A DNA stretch of 64,000 nt from an uncultured delta proteobacterium (GTDB taxonomy: Bacteria; Desulfobacterota; Desulfobaccia; Desulfobaccales; 0-14-0-80-60-11): positions 1,600,001-1,664,000 of the forward strand of contig CAWETI010000003.1 of the NCBI GenBank assembly GCA_963812015.1. Direction: 5' to 3'. The notes under the pieces were generated by a model. The model saw only the letters and a list, made by a program, of their open reading frames with translations, did no database searches and was not told the origin of the DNA. A program made the translations under genes and the position numbers. Shown here piece by piece: positions 8,589 to 19,293 of this stretch (position 1 is the first letter of the stretch; each line of letters begins with the position of its first letter).

Positions 8589-9110
8589 CTAAAGGCGGCC
8601 GCCGCGGTAGGGATCAAAGTAGGGCGGCGTGTACCATTTCTCCATGCCGGGAGGGTACCACTCCCGGGGCACGGGATAAAAGAATTTTTCCCAGGTGGGG
8701 AGCGCCACCACCTTTACCTGCCTGGCCTTCAAAAGCAGCCGGCCATTCTTCTCTCCCGCCACTACCCCGGCCACCACCACCTTGCTTTTGGGGAGGAACT
8801 CGTTGGAGTTGAGCCACTGCTCACTCTCCACCAGAAAGGTGCCCCCGGAGGTGGCGCCGATGGGAAAGAGCTTATCGTCCAGTTGCCGCTGGTCCACGCT
8901 CAGCAGGCTGCCGTTGTTCCAGGGCGTCACCTCCATGACCTCGCCCCCCAAGATCTCCAGCCGACCTTGGTACCTTTCCGGATGGGCCGCCAATTCGGCG
9001 AAACTCACCGGCGGACCCGCTTCCTGTTGCAGGCTGGTGGAGATGGCCGGCCCGCATCCCGCCGCCAGGATCAGCCCGAAAATGAGCCCGAAGCTTCCTG
9101 ATAGCCGCAT
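8589..9110 (-). CDS. Slp-family outer-membrane lipoprotein
   Basis: Lipobox LAAGC; PERYQG...LGGEV; GGTFLV motifs. Confidence 0.8.
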   Translation of the reverse strand: MRLSGSFGLIFGLILAAGCGPAISTSLQQEAGPPVSFAELAAHPERYQGRLEILGGEVMEVTPWNNGSLLSVDQRQLDDKLFPIGATSGGTFLVESEQWLNSNEFLPKSKVVVAGVVAGEKNGRLLLKARQVKVVALPTWEKFFYPVPREWYPPGMEKWYTPPYFDPYRGGRL

Positions 9111-9356
9111 CCCGTTCTCCTTGCCGGCATGGCTGGTCCTCCTCTGCCGGTCTGAGGTCATTCATCATAATAGTAACTCACTGAGCACCGGATGGCCAGT
9201 AGTTGCCGCTTGTCCGGCTCGGACTTCAGGGACCAGGGGCTGGGGTTATGTGCCAGAACTATTTTTACCAAAATCTCAGGCGGATAATTTCCCCTTCCGG
9301 GCTGAGAGGGGGTGGGGAGAAGGAAAAACTCTTTTCCGAGACAGGGAAATCTCGGA

Positions 9357-9539
9357 TATAGCGTTTGTCACAAATTCATTCCGCTTGCTGATTTATAAAT
9401 CCTCCTAAAGTCCCCCTTTTGCAAAGGGGGACTTTAGAAGCAATTACTCATAATTCCCCCCTTTTCTAAAGAGGGGCAGGGGGAATTTTGGCTTTTGGAG
9501 CATTTCCACTAGCGGAAAAACTTTTTGGCATTAGCTATA
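9357..9539. mobile_element. MITE-like element containing CCCCCTTT...AAAGGGGG hairpins
   Basis: Imperfect terminal IR tatagcgtttgtcacaaa / tttttggcattagctata; internal perfect stem ctaaagtcccccttt-tgc-aaagggggactttag; related core at ~24625-24730. Confidence 0.55.
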
Positions 9540-9628
9540 ACTTTTGCATCCCCACCTCAATCAGTTTTACTGATTACTGGCCGCTGACTACTCTTTGCCG
9601 GCGGGGCGGGATATGCTAAAGTGCTCCC

Positions 9629-10399
9629 ATGCAAGAGAAACGGAGCAAGGTGGAGCAGGCCGCCCGGGCCTGCCTGGACCGGGTGGCCGTGGTCCTGTTT
9701 CGCCCCCGGCTGGCCGAGAACATCGGCGCCGCGGCTCGGGCCGCCTGTAACATGGGTCTGCGCCGCCTGGTGGTGGTGCAGGCCGAGGACCTGGACCGGC
9801 CCCGCATGGCCATGATGGCCACCGGCTCGGCCGCGGCGCTCCTGGAAACGATGGAGGTCCACGATGACCTGGCCAGGGCCCTCAGCCCCTTTCAGTATAT
9901 CGTAGGCACCACCGCCCGGCTGGGGGGTGTCCGCAACGACTATTTTTCCCCCCGGGAAATGGCCGCCCGCCTCGTGGAAGTCTCCGCCCACAACGATGTC
10001 GCCCTGCTCTTCGGGCCGGAGAACTGGGGCCTCACCAACGACGAGCTGCCCTTCTGCCACGCCCTGGTCACCATCCCCACCGCGGACTGCTCCTCCCTGA
10101 ACCTGGCCCAGGCCGTCATGGTCATGGCCTATGAGCTGTTCACCGCGGTGAGCGTCAAACCCCACTTCGTGCCCCGCCTGGCCAACTCCCGGGAGCTGGA
10201 ATCCATGTACGCCATGCTCCAGGAGACCCTCTTAAAGATCAACTTCATCAGCCACCAGAACCCGGAACACTGGATGTTCAACGTCCGCCGGCTCTTCGCC
10301 CGCCACGGCCTTAGGGCCCGGGAGGCCCAGGTGATCAAAGGCATCTGCCGCCAGATCGACTGGTACGTGGGAAAACGTTTGGAAGAAATGAAGAAATAG
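9629..10399 (+). CDS. TrmJ/LasT-family SPOUT RNA methyltransferase
   Basis: ENIGAAARAACNMG, VGTTAR, LFGPENWGLTNDEL and SSLNLAQAV motifs. Confidence 0.92.
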   Translation: MQEKRSKVEQAARACLDRVAVVLFRPRLAENIGAAARAACNMGLRRLVVVQAEDLDRPRMAMMATGSAAALLETMEVHDDLARALSPFQYIVGTTARLGGVRNDYFSPREMAARLVEVSAHNDVALLFGPENWGLTNDELPFCHALVTIPTADCSSLNLAQAVMVMAYELFTAVSVKPHFVPRLANSRELESMYAMLQETLLKINFISHQNPEHWMFNVRRLFARHGLRAREAQVIKGICRQIDWYVGKRLEEMKK

Positions 10400-10410
10400 A
10401 GACAAATTAT

Positions 10411-10545
10411 GAGAACCTATTTCAAAACCTCTTTTTGGGCCCGTTTGTCATTCTGAGCGAAGCGAAGAATCTTTTCTTTCCCATAACCTATACCCCTCGC
10501 GGGCGCTCAGGCTAACACAATCAACTGGTTTTGAAATAACTTCTC
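10411..10545. mobile_element. MITE-like element with a GTCATTCTGAGCGAAGCGAAGAATCT core
   Basis: Terminal IR gagaacctatttcaaaacc / ggttttgaaataacttctc; core shared with 35902-36036. Confidence 0.6.
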
Positions 10546-10725
10546 GGGTGTTCCCCAAACCTCAGAACTTTTGTGAAGTTTTCTTTTTCTCGAGGGAGAT
10601 TTAAGGGCATTATTAAGGAGTTATAGGTAATCTCTCCAGGCCCGCCTTTAATAAAAGGGGGAATTAACGCCTTAAACCCCTTCAAAAGTTTCAAATCAAA
10701 GTCTATGGAATTAGGCGACGCATCA

Positions 10726-11562
10726 CTAAGGCTTATAGTACATCAACTGCCGGGCAAACGGCTCTACGGCCGCTTCCAGGCGGCGCTGCTCCTCCGGGGT
10801 CATGGGCACGAAGTCCCGGACCGCCGCGGCCAGTTCCGCCACCTGTTTGGCGGAGTCGGCCCCCACCACCGCCAGGGTGACGGACTGGCTGAGGGCGTAG
10901 GCCAGCAGTTCCCCCACCAGCTTGCCGGGTTCATCCGACAGTTGGGGCAGCTGCCCCCGGCAGAGGGTTTTCATGGCGATGATCCCCATGCCCTTGGCCA
11001 TAGCCTCCTGGGCCACGGGCAGAAAACTGGCCAGATGCGGTTCCGCCGGGTTCACCGGCAGGAGCACCGTGTCAAACTCATATAATTCCAGGGCCCGGCG
11101 CAGGACTGCCGGGTCGTGGTGGCCGGTAATGCCGATGAACCGCACCCAGCCTCGTTCCCGGGCATGGTGCATCGCCTCCAGCACCCCGCTGGGAGCCCCG
11201 ATGGCCGCGACTTCGTCCATGGTCCGGATATCGTGCACCTGCCACAGGTCCAGATAATCCGTATTGAGATTCTTTAGGGTGATGCTGAGGTGGGCCATGG
11301 CCTCGTTGAAAGTCCGGCCATGAGATTTGCTGGTCAGGAAGATCCGGTCCCGGTGACCTTTGAGGCTGCGGCCCAGGTAGGCCTCGCTGCCGGAGTAGGC
11401 CCGGGCGGTTTCAAAATAATTGATCCCCGCTTCCAGGGCCGCCTGGATGACGGCCTCGGCCTGGTGGTCGTAACCGAAGGTCCGCAATATGCCTTCGCCT
11501 CCCAGGCCCAGCATGGTGGCGGCGTGGCCGGTGCGTCCCAGGGGCCTTTGGGGTAATGTCAT
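10726..11562 (-). CDS. Aldo/keto reductase
   Basis: RPLGRTG, INYFETARAY, FLTSK, YLDLWQVH and IGITGH motifs; GGAGGAG RBS before ATG 11562. Confidence 0.92.
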   Translation of the reverse strand: MTLPQRPLGRTGHAATMLGLGGEGILRTFGYDHQAEAVIQAALEAGINYFETARAYSGSEAYLGRSLKGHRDRIFLTSKSHGRTFNEAMAHLSITLKNLNTDYLDLWQVHDIRTMDEVAAIGAPSGVLEAMHHARERGWVRFIGITGHHDPAVLRRALELYEFDTVLLPVNPAEPHLASFLPVAQEAMAKGMGIIAMKTLCRGQLPQLSDEPGKLVGELLAYALSQSVTLAVVGADSAKQVAELAAAVRDFVPMTPEEQRRLEAAVEPFARQLMYYKP

Positions 11563-11812
11563 AAAACTCCTCCTTGCCAAAATATGCGACCGGGCTCAGA
11601 TTGAAGCCATCATTATTAAGATTAAGGTAAATTATCCGCCTCAGAACCGGCTGAGGCGAAGAAAGGTGATCCGCCCGGAAATCCCTCTGCGAGCGAAAAA
11701 TAAGCGGGGTGAGCAGAGTCTGGGCAGGGTTGCGGTCCTCCCCGGGGCATTTCGGCTCTGCCGCTCACGATCCGCCTTGACAAGGCAATACTGCCTGTTA
11801 TGGTAATATAAG

Positions 11813-13663
11813 ATGTCTGAACCCGATGTAAAGCCCGCTTCACCGTATCCAGCCCTGGCCGCGGCCATGCCCCGCATTCCCAAGGGTAGCGGGGTCTATC
11901 TGTTCAAGGAGGCCGGCGGCCGGGTGCTCTACGTGGGCAAGGCGGTGAACCTGAAGCATCGCCTGGCTTCCTATCTCAAGACGCCGGCCCGGCACGACCC
12001 CAAGACCGCCCTGATGTTGAGGAAAATGGCCCAGGTGGACGTGATCCTCACCCCCACGGGCCGGGAAGCCCTCATCCTGGAGCGCAACCTCATCAAGGCG
12101 CACCGTCCCCGGTACAACGTCATGCTTCGGGATGACAAGAATTATCTCTGCCTGCGCCTGGATCTCAAGGAAAGCTTCCCTGCCCTCCGGTTCGTGCGGC
12201 GCTTCCACCCGGACGGGGCCCTCTATTTCGGTCCCTATGCCTCCGCCGGCATGGCTCGGGAAACCCTGAAGGTGATGAAGCAGGCTTTTGGGGTGCGCAC
12301 TTGCAAGGAGCGCCGCCTGGCCCCCCGCTCCCGCCCCTGCCTGGAGTTCCAACTGGCCCATTGCCTGGGACCCTGCGCCGGACTGGTGACCGAGGCGGCT
12401 TACCGGCAAGCGGTCGCCGAAGCCATCCTCTTTCTCAAGGGCCGGGGCGGCAACCTCGTGAAACGGCTTAAGGCTCAGATGGCCCAGGCCGCCGCCGATC
12501 TGGATTTTGAGCGGGCCGCCAGCCTCCGGGACCGGATCAAGGCCATCACCGAGACCCTGGAGCGCCAGGACATGGCCCGGCCCAATTTCCGGGATCAGGA
12601 CGTCCTGGGCCTGGCGGAAGACGCCGGTCAAGCCCTCATCGCGGTGCTCCTGGTGCGGGCCGGCTTGGTCACCGGCGGCCGGGAATATTTTTTCCCGGAA
12701 CTCCCTCCCGACGGCGATCTGCTGGGGGCCTTCCTCAAACAGTATTATACCGAGGGCCGGCCCTTGCCCCATGAACTGCTGCTGCCCCATGACGTTCCGG
12801 ACCGCCGGCTCCTGGAGGCTTTGTTTAGCGACGAGAAGGGCTCACCGGTGCGCCTGTTGGTGGCCCCGGGGGGTGAGAAGGCCAGGCTCCTCGCCATGGC
12901 CGCGGACAATGCCCGGGATGCCCTGCGACGCCGCCGGAGTCCCCCGAAGCCCGAAACGGCCCTCTTGGACCTTAAAACCCGCCTCCAACTGGACCGCCTC
13001 CCCGCCCGGCTAGAGTGTCTGGACATCTCCACCCTCCAGGGGGAGCAACCGGTGGGAGCCCTGGTGGCCTTCACCGACGGGGTCCCGGATAAATCCCGCT
13101 ATCGCCGCTTTAAGATCAGGGAAGTGGCGGGCCAGGACGATTATGCCATGCTCCGGGAGGTGGTGGGGCGGCACTACGGCAAGAAAGACCAGGAATTGCC
13201 GGACCTGTTGGTGGTGGACGGCGGCCGGGGCCAGCTCAACGTAGTCCTGCAGACCCTCAAGGAACTGGCCCTTACCGAAATCCCGGTGGTGGGCCTGGCT
13301 AAAGCAACGGAGCAGGGCGGCCGCCCCATACGAGACCGCCTCTTCCTGCCGGGGCGGGTGAATCCCCTCCTGCCGCCGGCCAACGCCCCGGGCTGGCTGC
13401 TCCTCCTCCGGCTCCGGGACGAGACTCACCGCTTCGCCATCACCTACCACCGGAAAAGGGCGAGAAAAGAAATGCTGGCCTCGGCCTTACAAAAAGCCCC
13501 GGGCATCGGCCCCGTCAGGCGCCGGCGCTTGCTTTCGCATTTCCCCAACCTGGAGGCCGTCAAGGCCGCCAACGCTGTGGAACTGGCGGCCCTGCCGGGC
13601 TTTAATCAAAAAGTCGCGGAGAGCTTAAAAGAGTGCCTGGCGGAGGAAGGGGAGGGCATGTAG
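11813..13663 (+). CDS. uvrC: Excinuclease ABC subunit C
   Basis: GIY-YIG (GVYLFK...YVGKA), UVR domain, RNase H-like (ECLDIS, DDYAML, VVDGGRGQ) and C-terminal HhH domains. Confidence 0.97.
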   Translation: MSEPDVKPASPYPALAAAMPRIPKGSGVYLFKEAGGRVLYVGKAVNLKHRLASYLKTPARHDPKTALMLRKMAQVDVILTPTGREALILERNLIKAHRPRYNVMLRDDKNYLCLRLDLKESFPALRFVRRFHPDGALYFGPYASAGMARETLKVMKQAFGVRTCKERRLAPRSRPCLEFQLAHCLGPCAGLVTEAAYRQAVAEAILFLKGRGGNLVKRLKAQMAQAAADLDFERAASLRDRIKAITETLERQDMARPNFRDQDVLGLAEDAGQALIAVLLVRAGLVTGGREYFFPELPPDGDLLGAFLKQYYTEGRPLPHELLLPHDVPDRRLLEALFSDEKGSPVRLLVAPGGEKARLLAMAADNARDALRRRRSPPKPETALLDLKTRLQLDRLPARLECLDISTLQGEQPVGALVAFTDGVPDKSRYRRFKIREVAGQDDYAMLREVVGRHYGKKDQELPDLLVVDGGRGQLNVVLQTLKELALTEIPVVGLAKATEQGGRPIRDRLFLPGRVNPLLPPANAPGWLLLLRLRDETHRFAITYHRKRARKEMLASALQKAPGIGPVRRRRLLSHFPNLEAVKAANAVELAALPGFNQKVAESLKECLAEEGEGM

Positions 13664-13775
13664 GGGCGGGTTTAAAACCCGCCCCTACCGGTAAATCACG
13701 TGAGAAGGTGGTAAGGCCCACCAGATGTAGGGCGGGCACTGCCCGCCATCTTCACAGGCTGGAAGCCTGTGCCAC
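13660..13775. repeat. Cluster of REP-like palindromes
   Basis: GTAGGGGCGGGTTTAAAACCCGCCCCTAC (13660-13688, includes the uvrC stop), GTAGGGCGGGCACTGCCCGCC (13727-13747) and CACAGGCTGGAAGCCTGTGCCAC. Confidence 0.8.
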
Positions 13776-13868
13776 TGATGGATTTTTCCAGGGAAAAGGG
13801 CCGTGGCCCGCGCTGGTGACCTCCCCCGCCACGGGGCCGGGGGCAACCCTGGGATTTTGCCGCTTGCC

Positions 13869-13982
13869 TCACGGCTTCATGATATCGTTAAAAAGTTCTT
13901 CCGCCTGCTGCGGATCATATCGCCGCAACTCCTTGAGCGCCTCCAGGGCGCTAACGCGGTTAACTGATTTGGCATATGCAAA
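13869..13982 (-). pseudogene. Orphan 3' gene remnant resembling a TPR-protein C-terminus
   Basis: FAYAKSVNRVSALEALKELRRYDPQQAEELFNDIMKP*; no start codon; GC-rich, unlike the adjacent AT-rich segment. Confidence 0.5.
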
Positions 13983-14033
13983 TTAAATCTTTAGATTTGT
14001 CCTTTAGCCAATTTGGCCGAAAGATAATACTGG

Positions 14034-15064
14034 TCAAGGAGAAGTGAAATCCTCAGCTAATTTAAATCTCGCATAGCCCCTACGCCCTGCTTTATCAACC
14101 GAATATCCCTCCATAATATCATTGCGCAATTTCAGGAAAAAATCATCAGTGACCCACCATGAGGCGGTGGGATTGCTGCAGTGAATAACCACATTATTAT
14201 CCTTAATGGTTAACAAACCATCAAAGGATACGGTTCTTTGAATATTTTTTCATTCGAATATCTTATTGTAATCCTAGTAAGATACCGATTCTTTTCTAAT
14301 TCCTCTTGTATCTCTAATGTCCCCTGATAGTAATATTGTGACTTCCATTCAATTAGCCAGTGTCGCCCAATACCAAGCGGATCTAATGATTCCTTAGTTG
14401 GTTGAAAAGTTGGTATAGGGCGTTCCAGAATTTTTCCCATGGCGACCTGGCCGATCCACTCCACCGGCAGGGCGAAATTCAGACTTTGGCTATCCTTCAG
14501 GTAGAAGGTGGTGATTCCCACCAGCTCTCCTTCGGCGTTGAACAGGCCGCCGCCGCTGGAACCCTTGGAGATGGCCACCGTGGTTTGAATAATGGGCGGC
14601 GGGTCGCCGCGCAGTTGGGAAACGATGCCTTCGGACAGGGACAGTTCCAGCCCCTGGGGCGCGCCCACGGCATAGACCGGCTCCCCCACCTTGAGTTTCA
14701 CCGCTTGGCCCAGGCGGGCCGGTTTGGCCGTCAGCCCAGTTGCTTTAAGCAGACAGAGGTCCTTTTGGGGATCGCCCGCTTTCAAGGTGGCTGGCATGCC
14801 TTTCTTGCCCTGGCCCACCATATACCGCACCCCCGACTTGACCACATGGTAATTGGTGATGACGTCGCCGGACGGTAGCATGACCCCGCTGCCCAGCCCC
14901 ACCGGTTTACCCTGCTGGTCGTAGGCCTTGACCACCACCACCGAGTCTTTCACCTGCTCATAAACCTGGCTCGCGGTGAGCGCCAGCGCCGATTGCGGCA
15001 ACCCGGCCATCAAAGTAAGGAGGATGAACAACAATCTATAAGAGACCGCCAATCGTGACCACAT
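14034..15064 (-). CDS. Secreted trypsin-like (S1C) serine protease with an AT-rich C-terminal domain split by a frameshift
   Basis: Signal peptide; GSG, TNYHV, DLCLL and GSSGGGL motifs; frame ends at 14210 but continues in another frame to 14034 across a 6-nt A run (T6 at 14245-14250 on the plus strand). Confidence 0.8.
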
Positions 15065-15241
15065 GGCTCTCCTCCCTGGTCGCCGTTGCGAGCCGGTTTG
15101 CCGCAAATGATACCTTTGGCAGTATATGCACAAAAAAATAAGGTGGGCAATGGCCACCCTACAATTTCTTATGGGATTGGGGTGGGGGTTTGGGGGAGGG
15201 GAAAGGGCTCTCGCCCTTTGCCCCTTCCCCAAAATTTTTCC

Positions 15242-16012
15242 TCAGTGCCGCGACTCCGAGGCGGTCATCGTTTCGATCTGCTCTTGGGTCAGGCCGAAGC
15301 GCCGATCCCGCTGCTGGTAGGTTTCCAGGGCTTTAAGAAACGCTTCTTCCCGGAAGTCGGGCCACAGGGTCTCGGTGACGTACAGTTCGGTATAGGCCGA
15401 CTGCCAGAGGAGGAAGTTGCTCAGGCGATATTCGCCGCTGGTGCGGATCAGGAGGTCCGGGTCGGGCATCCCGGCAGTATAGAGGTAGCGGGAAAACAAG
15501 GCGGCGTCGATGTCCTCGGGTTTAAGCCGCCCCGCCGCAATATCCTGGGCCATGGTTTGAACGGCATGTACGATTTCGCTGCGCCCGCCATAGCTCAAGG
15601 CCAGGGTCAGGTCCATCCGGGTGCCTGCGGCAGTGGCCGCAATGGTATATTCCAGTTCCTGCAGCACCCTCTCGGGCAACAGCTTCAGGTTGCCGATGGC
15701 CTTGAGGGCAATCTGGTTGGCCTTCATCTCCGCCAAATCCCGGCGCAAATAACTCCGCATCAGGGCCATCAAGACCCGGATCTCCATGCGGGGCCGCCGC
15801 CAGTTCTCTTCGGAAAAGGCAAACAGGGTGAGGTGGGAGATGCCCAAGTCGTGGGCCAGGCGGGTCACCACCCGGACCGACTCAATCCCGGCCACGTGGC
15901 CCCGGACCCGCATCAGGCCTCGGCGCTGGGCCCAGCGCCCGTTGCCGTCCATGATGATGGCGACGTGGCGGGGAAGTTTTTTGGGGTCCAAAGGCATAGA
16001 ATATTCAGTCAA
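15242..16012 (-). CDS. uppS: Undecaprenyl diphosphate synthase
   Basis: HVAIIMDGNGRWA, FSEENWRRP and LLIRTSGEYRLSNFLLWQ motifs. Confidence 0.97.
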   Translation of the reverse strand: MTEYSMPLDPKKLPRHVAIIMDGNGRWAQRRGLMRVRGHVAGIESVRVVTRLAHDLGISHLTLFAFSEENWRRPRMEIRVLMALMRSYLRRDLAEMKANQIALKAIGNLKLLPERVLQELEYTIAATAAGTRMDLTLALSYGGRSEIVHAVQTMAQDIAAGRLKPEDIDAALFSRYLYTAGMPDPDLLIRTSGEYRLSNFLLWQSAYTELYVTETLWPDFREEAFLKALETYQQRDRRFGLTQEQIETMTASESRH

Positions 16013-16029
16013 CGCTGCCCTCCGGCCCC

Positions 16030-16587
16030 TTAAAAGGACATGATCTCCTTTTCTTTTTCGGCTCCCTGGGCTTCCACTTTCTTGATATATTCATCCGTGA
16101 CCTTCTGGACCTCATCCTGGCCCCGGTGGGCTTCGTCTTCGGGAAGGAGCTTCTCCTTCTTCATCTCCTTGAAATCCTCATTGGCTTCCCGGCGGACGTT
16201 GCGCAAGGCCACCTTGGCCTCTTCCTCCATTTTTTTCACCATCTTCGCCAGGTCCTTCCGGCGTTCGGTGGTGAGGGCCGGAATCGGCAGGCGGATGATC
16301 TTGCCGTCGTTGGCGGGATTCAACCCCAGGTCGGACTTGAGAATGGCCTTTTCGATATCCCCCATCACGGAGGAATCCCAGGGTTGGATGGTGAGCAGGC
16401 GGCTCTCCGGCGCCGCCAGGGAAGCCACCTGGTCCAGGGGCATGGAGGTGCCGTAACAGTCTACCTTGATGCCTTCCAGCAAGGCCACGGAGGCCCGTCC
16501 GGTGCGCACCCGGGAGAGGTCCTTGGCCATAGCCTCCAGGACCTTGTCCATCTTGCGTCTGGTTTCCTTGAGAACCTCATCTTTCAT
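16030..16587 (-). CDS. frr: Ribosome recycling factor
   Basis: [20 protein letters not shown] and RNVRR motifs; 185 aa. Confidence 0.98.
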   Translation of the reverse strand: MKDEVLKETRRKMDKVLEAMAKDLSRVRTGRASVALLEGIKVDCYGTSMPLDQVASLAAPESRLLTIQPWDSSVMGDIEKAILKSDLGLNPANDGKIIRLPIPALTTERRKDLAKMVKKMEEEAKVALRNVRREANEDFKEMKKEKLLPEDEAHRGQDEVQKVTDEYIKKVEAQGAEKEKEIMSF

Positions 16588-17314
16588 CGCCGCGCTTCTC
16601 CACGATGGTGCCCACCGTTTCTCCGAGCACCACTTTCTTCATATTTCCCGGCTCCAGCAATTTGAAAACGATGATAGGGATATTCTGTTCCATGGCCATG
16701 GTGATGGCGGTGCTGTCCATGACCCGGAGGGATTTTTCCAGAACCTCGAAATAAGTCAGGCGGGGGATCATCTGGGCCCGGGCGTCTTTTTCCGGGTCGG
16801 CGTCATAGATGCCCGGCACCCTGGTGCCCTTGAGGATGGCGTCGGCCCCGATCTCGGTGGCCCGCAAGGCCGCGGCGGTATCCGTGGTGAAATAAGGGCT
16901 GCCGGTGCCGGCTCCGAACACCACGATCCGGCCCTTTTCCAGGTGGCGCATGGCCCGGCGGCGGATATAGGGCTCCGCCACTTCGTTCATGGTGATGGCG
17001 CTCATTACCCGGGTGGGCACCCCGGACTTTTCCAGGGCGTCCTGGAGGGCAAGGGCATTGATGACGGTGGCCAGCATCCCCATGTTGTCGGCCACGGCCC
17101 GGTCAATCCCCTGGGCGCTGGCTTCCAGCCCCCGGAAGATGTTGCCGCCGCCCACCACGATGCCGATCTCCACCTTCAGGTCCACCACGGTTTTGATTTC
17201 CCGGGCGATGGCTTGCAGAGTGGCCGGGTCCAGGCCGAATTTCTTCTCCCCGGCCAGGCTTTCGCCGCTGACCTTGAGGAGGAGGCGGCGGTATTTGACG
17301 GTCTCCGGCGCCAT
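16577..17314 (-). CDS. pyrH: UMP kinase
   Basis: [26 protein letters not shown] and VMDSTA motifs. Confidence 0.98.
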   Translation of the reverse strand: MAPETVKYRRLLLKVSGESLAGEKKFGLDPATLQAIAREIKTVVDLKVEIGIVVGGGNIFRGLEASAQGIDRAVADNMGMLATVINALALQDALEKSGVPTRVMSAITMNEVAEPYIRRRAMRHLEKGRIVVFGAGTGSPYFTTDTAAALRATEIGADAILKGTRVPGIYDADPEKDARAQMIPRLTYFEVLEKSLRVMDSTAITMAMEQNIPIIVFKLLEPGNMKKVVLGETVGTIVEKRGDER

Positions 17315-17324
17315 GGGGCCTCGC

Positions 17325-18185
17325 TTACGCTCCCACCTGGTAGCGGGTGAACCGCTGGACCTTGAGGTCCTTGTCTCCCAGCTTGGCGCCCACTTCTTTG
17401 AGGAATTGGCGCACGGTGATGTCCGAGTTCTTCACGAAGACCTGCTCCACCAGGCAGACTTCCTTATAAAATTTCTCCAGGCGGCCCACCACCATCTTCT
17501 CGATGATCTTTTCCGGCTTGCCGCTCTCCTTGGCCTGGGCCTCGTAGATGGCCTTTTCCTTGGCAATGAGTTCCGGAGAAATTGCTTCCCGGCCCACGGC
17601 CAGAGGCGAAGTGGCGGCCACCTGCATGGCCAGGTCTTTGGCCGCGGCCACCGCCTCCGGGGCGTCGTCGCCGCCGCTCAGTTCCAACATCACCCCGATC
17701 TTGCCGCCGTGGTGAATGTAGGCGGTCACCAGATCGCCGTGAAAACGGGTGAAGTGCCGGATGCGAATGGCTTCCCCGGTCTTGGCGATCACTTCATTGA
17801 GGTAATCGGTCACCGACAGTTTGGGCCGGTGGGGGCAGGGCTGGGTCAGCAATTCATCCACGCTTTCCAGGGCCACCGCGGCCAGATGTTCGGCCAACTT
17901 GGTGCCCAGGTCGAGGAAGGCCGGGGTCTTGGCCACAAAATCCGTTTCGCAATTGACTTCCAACAGGATGCCGGATTTTTGGTCCGGGGCGATGGACGCC
18001 CAGATGGCGCCCTCGGAGGTGGTTCGGTCGGCCCGTTTGCTGGCCACCGCCAGGCCCTTCTGGCGCAGGTAAGCCACCGCGGCCTCCAGGTCCCCGCCGG
18101 TTTCCTTCAAAGCTTTCTTGCAATCCATCATCCCGGCGTCGGTCTTGGCACGCAGGGTTTTTACCAGTTCTGCCGTAATTTCCAA
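17325..18185 (-). CDS. tsf: Translation elongation factor Ts
   Basis: TTG start at 18185 after [26 protein letters not shown] and GKPEKIIEK motifs. Confidence 0.97.
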   Translation of the reverse strand: MEITAELVKTLRAKTDAGMMDCKKALKETGGDLEAAVAYLRQKGLAVASKRADRTTSEGAIWASIAPDQKSGILLEVNCETDFVAKTPAFLDLGTKLAEHLAAVALESVDELLTQPCPHRPKLSVTDYLNEVIAKTGEAIRIRHFTRFHGDLVTAYIHHGGKIGVMLELSGGDDAPEAVAAAKDLAMQVAATSPLAVGREAISPELIAKEKAIYEAQAKESGKPEKIIEKMVVGRLEKFYKEVCLVEQVFVKNSDITVRQFLKEVGAKLGDKDLKVQRFTRYQVGA

Positions 18186-18286
18186 CGTAAGCCTCCTTAT
18201 CGTGATGCGCGCCGCTTGACCTAAGACGATAAAAGCCCAGCCAAACCGGGACCGCGCCTTGGACGCGACCCCGCTCACCAGGCCCT

Positions 18287-18314
18287 GCAAGGGCGGTTCG
18301 CGAACCGCCCCTAC
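18287..18314 (-). repeat. GTAG-type REP-like palindrome
   Basis: Reverse complement GTAGGGGCGGTTCGCGAACCGCCCTTGC. Confidence 0.75.
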
Positions 18315-18382
18315 GCTTGGATACACTTTAGGTCAACTGCGCCGACCTGAAATCTTGCTCATGATGCGGCCCGTAACCGGCA

Positions 18383-19201
18383 TCAAGACTCGGGTTCCGG
18401 GGCCGCGGCTGCTTCCGGGGCGGGGGTCGCTTCCGGGGCCGGGGTCGAAACCTCCGGGAGCGCCTCTACCTCGGCCTCGGCCATCTCCTTGTCGGTGATG
18501 GCCTGGTGGCGTTCTTCGGCCAGCTTCTTGCCGTCCAACACCGCGTCGGCCACCCGGGAGGTGAGCAGGCGAATGGCGCGAATGGCGTCATCGTTGCCCG
18601 GAATGGGGTAAGTGATTTCCGTGGGGTCGCAGTTGCTGTCCACGATGGCCAACAGCGAAATGCCCGTCTTCTGGCCTTCGGCCACCGCGATGTCTTCCTT
18701 CCGGGGGTCGACGATGTAGACGATATCCGGCAGGCGGCCCATATTCTTGATGCCGCCCAGGGAGCGCTCCAGCTTGGCGGCCTTCTTTTCCATCATGAGG
18801 ATTTCTTTTTTGGGGAACCGTTTGATAGTGCCGTCTTCCTTCATGGCCTCGAACTCCTTGAGGCGCTGAATGGAGCGGCTGATGGTCTGATAGTTGGTGA
18901 GCATGCCCCCCAGCCACCGGTGGTTGACGTAGAACATGCCGCAACGCTTGGCTTCTTCGGCAATGGCGTCCTGGGCCTGCTTCTTGGTGCCCACGAACAA
19001 GACGATGCCGCCGTCCGCCACCTTCTGCACCACGTAATTGTAGGCGGTTTTGAAGAACTGCACGGTTTTTTGCAGGTCGATGATGTGGATGCCGTTTCTG
19101 GCCCCGAAGATATACGGCCCCATCTTGGGGTTCCAGCGGCGGGTCTGGTGGCCGAAGTGTACCCCGGCCTCCAGCAATTCCTTCATGGTGACATACGACA
19201 T
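18383..19201 (-). CDS. rpsB: 30S ribosomal protein S2
   Basis: [20 protein letters not shown] and IPGNDDAIR motifs; AGGAGG RBS before ATG 19201. Confidence 0.98.
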   Translation of the reverse strand: MSYVTMKELLEAGVHFGHQTRRWNPKMGPYIFGARNGIHIIDLQKTVQFFKTAYNYVVQKVADGGIVLFVGTKKQAQDAIAEEAKRCGMFYVNHRWLGGMLTNYQTISRSIQRLKEFEAMKEDGTIKRFPKKEILMMEKKAAKLERSLGGIKNMGRLPDIVYIVDPRKEDIAVAEGQKTGISLLAIVDSNCDPTEITYPIPGNDDAIRAIRLLTSRVADAVLDGKKLAEERHQAITDKEMAEAEVEALPEVSTPAPEATPAPEAAAAPEPES

Positions 19202-19212
19202 GGAACTTCCTC

Positions 19213-19293
19213 CTGGTTGGTCCGCCGCGCCACGGCCGGCGGGGCCACCGACCAACCACGGTCGGCACCAGCCCGCCCTAAATGGCGCGTGAG
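19213..19293 (-). promoter_or_regulatory. rpsB 5' leader (t44/S2-autoregulatory-like structured RNA)
   Basis: cac-gcgcca...GGTGCC...tggcgcg-gcgga-ccaacc stem immediately before the rpsB RBS, resembling the t44 leader layout. Confidence 0.6.
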
